In this document: one piece after another, positions 33,685-38,797 of the stretch
How positions within the stretch are numbered: the first letter of the stretch is position 1
How the letters are laid out: each line of letters starts with the position of its first letter
NCBI GenBank assembly: GCA_021801765.1
Contig: JAJYXO010000005.1
Location: forward strand, 1-38,797
Source: Candidatus Micrarchaeota archaeon
Lineage (GTDB): Archaea > Micrarchaeota > Micrarchaeia > Micrarchaeales > CABMGC01
Direction of reading: 5' to 3'
Length of the DNA stretch: 38,797 bases
The notes under the pieces: generated by a model
Told to the model about the DNA's origin: nothing
The model's input: only the letters and a program-made list of their open reading frames with translations
Databases searched by the model: none
Program-made: the position numbers and the translations under genes

Positions 33685-34395
33685 ATGCTAACCCTGAAGA
33701 TGACTAGGAGGCCGGCGCATGCGGATGCTCCAGAATTCAAGGCACTATTGAGGGCAGGTGCCGAAAGATGGGAGAACATCGGGTTCAAGAATGGTAGACA
33801 TGGCCTGGCCATCATACATGGCCTATTCGCTAGCCGCTGCGGAGAGGACACAGCGCAATGGCGTAAGGATCAAGAAGCCAGGCGCATTGGCAGTGAAATT
33901 GAGTCTGTAAAATACACCAATCCACTTATAGATCCTGAAGGATTCACCGCACGGCCAGTGATATCTTGTTCGCTATTCTGGATAGGCAGCGGCCATTCCG
34001 AATGGACCTTTGCAAGGTCAAACGGTGTGGCTCTGATACTGGATGTACCTGTCTACAATATAATCACTGCTGCTCCGGGTGACATTGGAACTGCAGCAAG
34101 AAGCAACTTGGAATATCTCCGGCCGCTGCCAAAACCTTCCGAGCTCCTGCCTCACACGAACGGCGAGTTCGCCAGTAAATACGGCATAATTTCCAACCAC
34201 ACGCTTTATAATGAGATAGTCGTAACGGGTCACAATTCAGCGACAGGCACTACCATCAAAATAGCAGGAGGCATGGTAATCGAGCCGCAGGTGCAGAGTC
34301 ATACAAACCTTGAACTTGTAAACGGAATAACGAGCTTCTGCGAAAGGCTCGGCCTTCCTTTAATCAGCGTGCCTGGCAGTTATTATAAATACTGA
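33685..34395 (+). CDS. Hypothetical protein (orphan; weak PARP/ART-like motif)
   Basis: A 236-aa ORF with no confident family. It contains IIHG (aa 43-46), WTFA (107-110) and LYNEIVV (174-180). Confidence 0.5.
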   Translation: MLTLKMTRRPAHADAPEFKALLRAGAERWENIGFKNGRHGLAIIHGLFASRCGEDTAQWRKDQEARRIGSEIESVKYTNPLIDPEGFTARPVISCSLFWIGSGHSEWTFARSNGVALILDVPVYNIITAAPGDIGTAARSNLEYLRPLPKPSELLPHTNGEFASKYGIISNHTLYNEIVVTGHNSATGTTIKIAGGMVIEPQVQSHTNLELVNGITSFCERLGLPLISVPGSYYKY

Positions 34396-34408
34396 ATTGT
34401 CATCCGTA

Positions 34409-34481
34409 TAGCCTCGCCCAGATTCGAACTGGGGTTACCGGGTTCAGAGCCCGATGTCCTTGACCACTAGACTACGAGGCT
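34409..34481 (-). tRNA. tRNA-Gln (anticodon CUG), 73 nt
   Basis: Hand fold: acceptor AGCCTCG/CGAGGCT (A1-U72), D stem GTCT/GGAC, anticodon arm TCGGG-CTCTGAA-CCCGG, T arm CCCAG-TTCGAAT-CTGGG, discriminator A. Confidence 0.9.
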
Positions 34482-34560
34482 GTGAAAAGCTAATTTTTAT
34501 ATACCTATTCAGCATAAATAATTATAATAAGCCTTCCAAAAAACTTCATCGGTAATTATA

Positions 34561-35289
34561 TTGAGTTCATATAGAATCCAGATATCAGTCTCTGAAGAGA
34601 TCAAAGACATGCTAATTGCAGATGCAGCACTTACAATCGCATTTGCAATGATAATGCCTTCAATAATGCAATATCTTGGCCTGCCAGCAATTGGGAATGG
34701 AACATGGCTGGTGAGCACCTTATACTACATGCCCATAGCCTTAGTAGCTGCATCAATATCATTTATACTCCATGAGTATATGCATAAAAGAACCGCGCAG
34801 CACTTCGGGGCAGTTGCAGCATTTAGAAGATCCGATATGGGGATAATAATAACTCTTGTATCTGGCTTCATTGGATTCCTCATGGCCTTGCCTGGCGCCA
34901 CTGTGATATATACAAATTCGTTCACGCGAAGAGAAAACGGGTATGTATCATTGGCAGGACCGCTGACCAACTTTGCCATATTCGGAATCGTCGCAATAAT
35001 TTCCTTATTCATACACTCAGGAAATGCATACGTTCAGAATGCCGTTTTCGCAATAATGTTCATATCCATGTGGATAGCATTCGTAAATATGCTGCCTATA
35101 TATCCATTAGACGGCAGCAAGATACTGCACTGGAATAAACTTGTCTACGGAACTGTCCTGATCGCAACGATAGCCGTGCTTTTCCTGCTAGTGCCTGCGC
35201 TATCCCTCATCATATCGATAGGCATAGTGCTTGTGATGGCAACAATAATGTCATTTTTCGCAAGGAATATTGTTTTCAGGGGCCTCTGA
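34561..35289 (+). CDS. M50-family (site-2 protease-like) membrane metalloprotease
   Basis: HExxH within a TM helix (HEYMHKRTAQHFG) and the second motif NMLPIYPLDGSKIL. The protein is polytopic. The start is TTG. Confidence 0.85.
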   Translation: MSSYRIQISVSEEIKDMLIADAALTIAFAMIMPSIMQYLGLPAIGNGTWLVSTLYYMPIALVAASISFILHEYMHKRTAQHFGAVAAFRRSDMGIIITLVSGFIGFLMALPGATVIYTNSFTRRENGYVSLAGPLTNFAIFGIVAIISLFIHSGNAYVQNAVFAIMFISMWIAFVNMLPIYPLDGSKILHWNKLVYGTVLIATIAVLFLLVPALSLIISIGIVLVMATIMSFFARNIVFRGL

Positions 35290-35292
35290 TAC

Positions 35293-38094
35293 TTAAGAGA
35301 CGTCCATGCTAGGCTTGAGCGGCATTGCTCTGCCGGCTCTCTGCGATTTTGACTCCCCTTCCTTTTCAACTTCAACCTTGGCGCCAATGTTTTCTTCAAG
35401 GAATACCGTGGACTCTGAAAGGAGCAAAAACTCCTCCTCCTGCACCATTGGAACTTCTTTTAGCTCATTCATGTGTTTCGAGAGCAGTGCAGCGTATTTG
35501 GCCCCCTTTTCTTTCAAATTGTCAGGCAGGCTCTCTATGGCCTTCTTCATATCCTTCTCCCTTGCCATGGCTCCTTGAAGATCTCTTTTCCAGTCTTCAG
35601 CAACTATAATTCTGATTGAACGCGCCTTCTTTTCCCCCTTCTTCTCCATGAGTCCGATGATTTGCTTTGCGTCTGCTATCACAGAGTCCAGTATTTCCTC
35701 ACCTTCCTCTGCCTTCTCGCTTATCATGCTAATATCTGCAGAAGGCCACTTCTCAGTGGAAGAGAAGGTATCGTTTCCAAGCCTATGCCACAGTTCCTCT
35801 GAGATATGCGGCGCAATTGGCTGCATCATTAGCGTTATCCCTGAAAGGTAGTCCCTTACAGTGATCGCATTGGATCCTCCCCTTGCGAAATATCTTTTTA
35901 GTTCTATTACAGTGCTATAAAGCAAGTTTGTAGACGCATTTCTGAGCTCAAGTTTCTCCATTGCACCTGTCACATCTCTTATCTTTCTGTTGAGCTTCGA
36001 ATAGAGCCAGTAATCCATGTGCGTAAGTTCCTTTGCCTCCAGCTTCTCTAGCTTCCCAGTTACCTCAAACAGGTACTCAAACCTCTCCTTAACGCCGTTT
36101 ACTGCCTTGTCGCTGAACTCGGAGTCGCTAAAGAGGTCCGCTCCAGCCACGACAGTGAATCTGAGAGGATCTACTCCGTATTTCTCCAGCCCATCGGTAA
36201 GAGGTACTATGTTGCCAAGGCTCTTGCTCATCTTCTCCCCTTCGCTAAGCACTGTGCCGTTTACGACAATCTGCTTTGGCCAGCTATCCTTGCTAAATAT
36301 CGCAGCATGGTTGAACATATACATAGTCAAATGGTTGAATATCAGCTCCGGGGCAGAGTGCCTGGAAGTATTCGTATACCAGTATGAGAAAGAGTCCCTG
36401 CATTTCCTTACTACCCCAAAATCCACGCCTGTGCTCTTAGATACGGATTCTGCGTCGCCTCTTCCTAGCATCACGTAATCGAAAAATTCTCCAGTGAGCT
36501 TCTCAGGATCTACATCCCTTATCAGGTTAGATATTGTATAGAACGACATGTATATTGTAGAATCTGAAAGCGACTCTATTATGTGCGATTTTTCATACGG
36601 AAATCTGGTGCCAAGGCCCTGTGCCCTCTCCGCAGCTCTCAAGTTTATCCAATCCAGTGCTGACAGGAATGCGCTTCTGCTTTTCTCCGGGAGCACATTA
36701 GCCCCACTGAGAACCTCTTTTGCAAGCTTCTTCCACCCAGCGTCGCCATAATTGATGAACCATTGCCCATCAACCATCTTAACCACTACCTTAGAGCCGC
36801 ATCTGCAGTATACCTGGCTTTCATTTGCCAGCTCATAGATCTCAATTGCATCGCCTGATTTGATCAAATCTCCCTTTATCTTCTCCTTAGCATCGGCCAC
36901 CTTCATTCCCCTAAATCCTTCAACATCCATTATGCCGAAATGGAATTCATCTTTGTACTCCAGCTTTGTGGCCTCCTCAAGAGCATTCTCATCGTAGGAA
37001 AGTGCTCCTGCCATCTTAATGTATTCCAGTGCAGGGATATCGCCTCCTATCTTTCCCGGTGGCATGCTGAGCACCTTTATGGGAACTATACTTGAAGTAT
37101 CATATCCTTCCATTTCCAACTTTTCTATTGCTGCATAATCAAATGGGGCATGGGCTGGAACGCTCATTACCAATCCTGTGCCCACGTCGTCCTTCACAGA
37201 GAAGCCAGGAAGCACTGGTATTACTGCTTTTGTTACTGGGTTTATGCACTTCTTTGCAAGGAGATCATTTCCATGCACTTCCCTCTCTTCATCTATCTGC
37301 ATCTGGAATAACAAAGTTTGAATGCTTCCCTTCGATACGTAGTATTTCCCTTCCTGCCCCGCTATTCTGCAGAGTGCATATCTGGAATCCTGGTTTACAA
37401 AGAGGTTTGTAACTCCTGATATTGTCTCTGGCCTGTACGTTGCACATATAAGATATGCATCTTCGCCGTCAACCTTGAACTTCACAGCTGTCTCTGTCTC
37501 TATCTCGGGTTCTACGTCGTGCTTTGTATCATGCATGCCTACCGCATTGTTTTCGTTAGGGCACCATCCTACCGCGTGCTTTCCCTTGATGAGGTATCCT
37601 TTCTTGTTTAATATATCAAACTGCCATTCTATCAGCTTGCTGAAATTTGCGTCTATTGAGACAAATTTCCTTCTCCAATCTATGCTGTACCCTGCAAGGT
37701 GCATTCCCTTCTCTATCTCTCCTACAAAATAATTGGCTATGTAAAGCGGATCAGTCATCTTCGCTATTTCTTCATCCGGTATGTGGAACATGCGCAGCTC
37801 CTTCTTCAGCTCCTCATCTCCATTTCTTATCCTCTTTGCAAATGCTAGCACCGGAGTGCCTGTCGCATGGAAAGCCATAGGATATAGAACATTTAATCCG
37901 TGCATCCTCTTGTATCTTGCAAGGACATCTGCGGTGCCATAGGTTCTTAGGTGCCCTATGTGCTGCGGCCCATTGACATATGGGAATGCAGCTGTGACCA
38001 TGTACTGTTTTTTATTGCTTATCTCCCCTTCGAATATTTTCGCATCTGCCCACGCCTTCTGCCACTTACTCTCAATTGCCTTGTAATCTATCAT
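35293..38094 (-). CDS. leuS: Leucyl-tRNA synthetase (archaeal type)
   Basis: HIGH region PYVNGPQHIGHLRTY, KMSKS (EKMSKSLGN), and a CP1 editing insertion. 933 aa. Confidence 0.95.
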   Translation of the reverse strand: MIDYKAIESKWQKAWADAKIFEGEISNKKQYMVTAAFPYVNGPQHIGHLRTYGTADVLARYKRMHGLNVLYPMAFHATGTPVLAFAKRIRNGDEELKKELRMFHIPDEEIAKMTDPLYIANYFVGEIEKGMHLAGYSIDWRRKFVSIDANFSKLIEWQFDILNKKGYLIKGKHAVGWCPNENNAVGMHDTKHDVEPEIETETAVKFKVDGEDAYLICATYRPETISGVTNLFVNQDSRYALCRIAGQEGKYYVSKGSIQTLLFQMQIDEEREVHGNDLLAKKCINPVTKAVIPVLPGFSVKDDVGTGLVMSVPAHAPFDYAAIEKLEMEGYDTSSIVPIKVLSMPPGKIGGDIPALEYIKMAGALSYDENALEEATKLEYKDEFHFGIMDVEGFRGMKVADAKEKIKGDLIKSGDAIEIYELANESQVYCRCGSKVVVKMVDGQWFINYGDAGWKKLAKEVLSGANVLPEKSRSAFLSALDWINLRAAERAQGLGTRFPYEKSHIIESLSDSTIYMSFYTISNLIRDVDPEKLTGEFFDYVMLGRGDAESVSKSTGVDFGVVRKCRDSFSYWYTNTSRHSAPELIFNHLTMYMFNHAAIFSKDSWPKQIVVNGTVLSEGEKMSKSLGNIVPLTDGLEKYGVDPLRFTVVAGADLFSDSEFSDKAVNGVKERFEYLFEVTGKLEKLEAKELTHMDYWLYSKLNRKIRDVTGAMEKLELRNASTNLLYSTVIELKRYFARGGSNAITVRDYLSGITLMMQPIAPHISEELWHRLGNDTFSSTEKWPSADISMISEKAEEGEEILDSVIADAKQIIGLMEKKGEKKARSIRIIVAEDWKRDLQGAMAREKDMKKAIESLPDNLKEKGAKYAALLSKHMNELKEVPMVQEEEFLLLSESTVFLEENIGAKVEVEKEGESKSQRAGRAMPLKPSMDVS

Positions 38095-38221
38095 AGTTGC
38101 ACAATTCTATTTCTAATGTCTATTATTAAAGCTTACCGATTCTGTCGCCTTTCCTATGCGTTTGGCAATGTTCTTATATTTATACGCTACAGATTCCTTA
38201 GTTTAACAAAGTGAGCGGGAA

Positions 38222-38246
38222 ATCCCACACGCTTTAGCGGTGGGAT
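38222..38246 (+). promoter_or_regulatory. Imperfect hairpin, candidate IS200/IS605 left-end TnpA recognition structure
   Basis: ATCCCAC-a-CGC-ttta-GCG-GTGGGAT gives 10 bp with one bulged A. It lies about 40 nt upstream of tnpA. Confidence 0.55.
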
Positions 38247-38287
38247 GAAAGCGAACCGCAGTTGCAGTAATATGTAGATAAGTATAT

Positions 38288-38710
38288 ATGGGAGTATGCT
38301 CATATATTAGTATGCCTAAAGGATACAATGCCTCTGAAACAAGTGTTCATTTCATTGGCTATCATTTCGTCTGGTGCCCGAAATATAGAAGAAAGGTGTT
38401 GGTTGGTAAAGTGGAACAACGACTAAAGGAACTGATAAAGGAAAAGGCAGAACGCTTAGAATGCAAGATCCTTGCGCTTGAAGTCATGCCAGATCATGTT
38501 CATCTCTTCATAGAAGGCAAACCGCTCCAAACACCGAACTACATAATCGGACAGATAAAAGGATACACCTCTCATCAACTAAGGGAAGAGTTTGCAGATT
38601 TGCGGCTAAGACTTCCTACCCTATGGACAAGAAGTTATTTTGTTTCGACGCATGAACATATTTCAGATAAACTGATAGAAAAATACATTTCAGAACAAAA
38701 GGGAATGTAA
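38288..38710 (+). CDS. tnpA: IS200/IS605-family Y1 (HUH) transposase TnpA
   Basis: YHFVWCPKYRRKVL, the HUH motif MPDHVHLFIE, and the catalytic-Tyr region LWTRSYFVST. The start may be the internal Met at 38312. Confidence 0.9.
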   Translation: MGVCSYISMPKGYNASETSVHFIGYHFVWCPKYRRKVLVGKVEQRLKELIKEKAERLECKILALEVMPDHVHLFIEGKPLQTPNYIIGQIKGYTSHQLREEFADLRLRLPTLWTRSYFVSTHEHISDKLIEKYISEQKGM

Positions 38711-38797
38711 TGGAATTGAGAAGAGCTTATAAATTCAGGATTTATCCTGATGCAAAACGGCAGTCAGAGATAGAATTGCAGCTTACACAGATCGGAA
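38710..38797 (+). CDS. tnpB: TnpB (IS605 OrfB, RNA-guided nuclease family), N-terminal 29 codons only
   Basis: The ATG overlaps the tnpA TAA (TAATG). MELRRAYKFRIYPDAKRQSEIELQLTQIG matches the characteristic TnpB N-terminus (YKFRIYP). Confidence 0.7.
   Translation, partial: MELRRAYKFRIYPDAKRQSEIELQLTQIG

Larger units (their letters stand above)
38210..38797 (+). mobile_element. IS200/IS605-family insertion sequence (left end, tnpA, start of tnpB), truncated by the window edge
   Basis: A subterminal hairpin lies upstream of a Y1 HUH transposase gene, whose stop overlaps the start of a TnpB-like ORF. Confidence 0.8.

Noticed and set aside
34561-35289. Considered whether this membrane protease could be the missing prepilin (class III signal) peptidase
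   Set aside because: It carries HExxH and NxxPxxxLDG, the M50 metalloprotease signature. It lacks the two-aspartate GxGD-type motifs of A24/FlaK/PibD peptidases.
1-38797. Looked for CRISPR arrays, rRNA genes and long tandem repeats across the window
   Set aside because: I saw no regularly spaced direct repeats and no rRNA-like conserved stretches. The only substantial repeats are the two paralog blocks reported above.

Overview
This window is an archaeal chromosomal fragment, about 45% GC by eye, and is densely coded. Most of it is housekeeping. It contains RFC large and small subunits and a complete A1Ao ATP synthase operon in the order H-I-K-E-C-F-A-B-D. It also contains a 2-oxoacid dehydrogenase operon (E1alpha, E1beta, E2, E3) followed by NAD kinase, arginyl- and leucyl-tRNA synthetases, a P1B-type metal ATPase, an HD phosphohydrolase, an M50 protease and three tRNAs. 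I saw no rRNA and no CRISPR array. Three accessory parts stand out. (1) 1913-7900 is a ten-gene type IV pilus-like locus with a secretion ATPase, two half-size platform proteins and up to seven pilin-like proteins, one of them large and rich in glycosylation sequons. (2) Two paralogous genes for a pilin-like signal peptide fused to a LamG/lectin-like domain flank the ATP synthase operon; their ends are about 90% identical and their centres are divergent. (3) An IS200/IS605 element (tnpA-tnpB) is cut by the right edge of the window. A tRNA-Arg(CCU) carries a 38-nt intron in the T-loop and sits 3 nt downstream of argS. The QxSxE class III signal motifs, the T-loop intron and the gene content suggest a DPANN/Micrarchaeota-like or similar acidophilic archaeon; this is inference only. 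All functional calls come from motif reading by eye. No database search was run.
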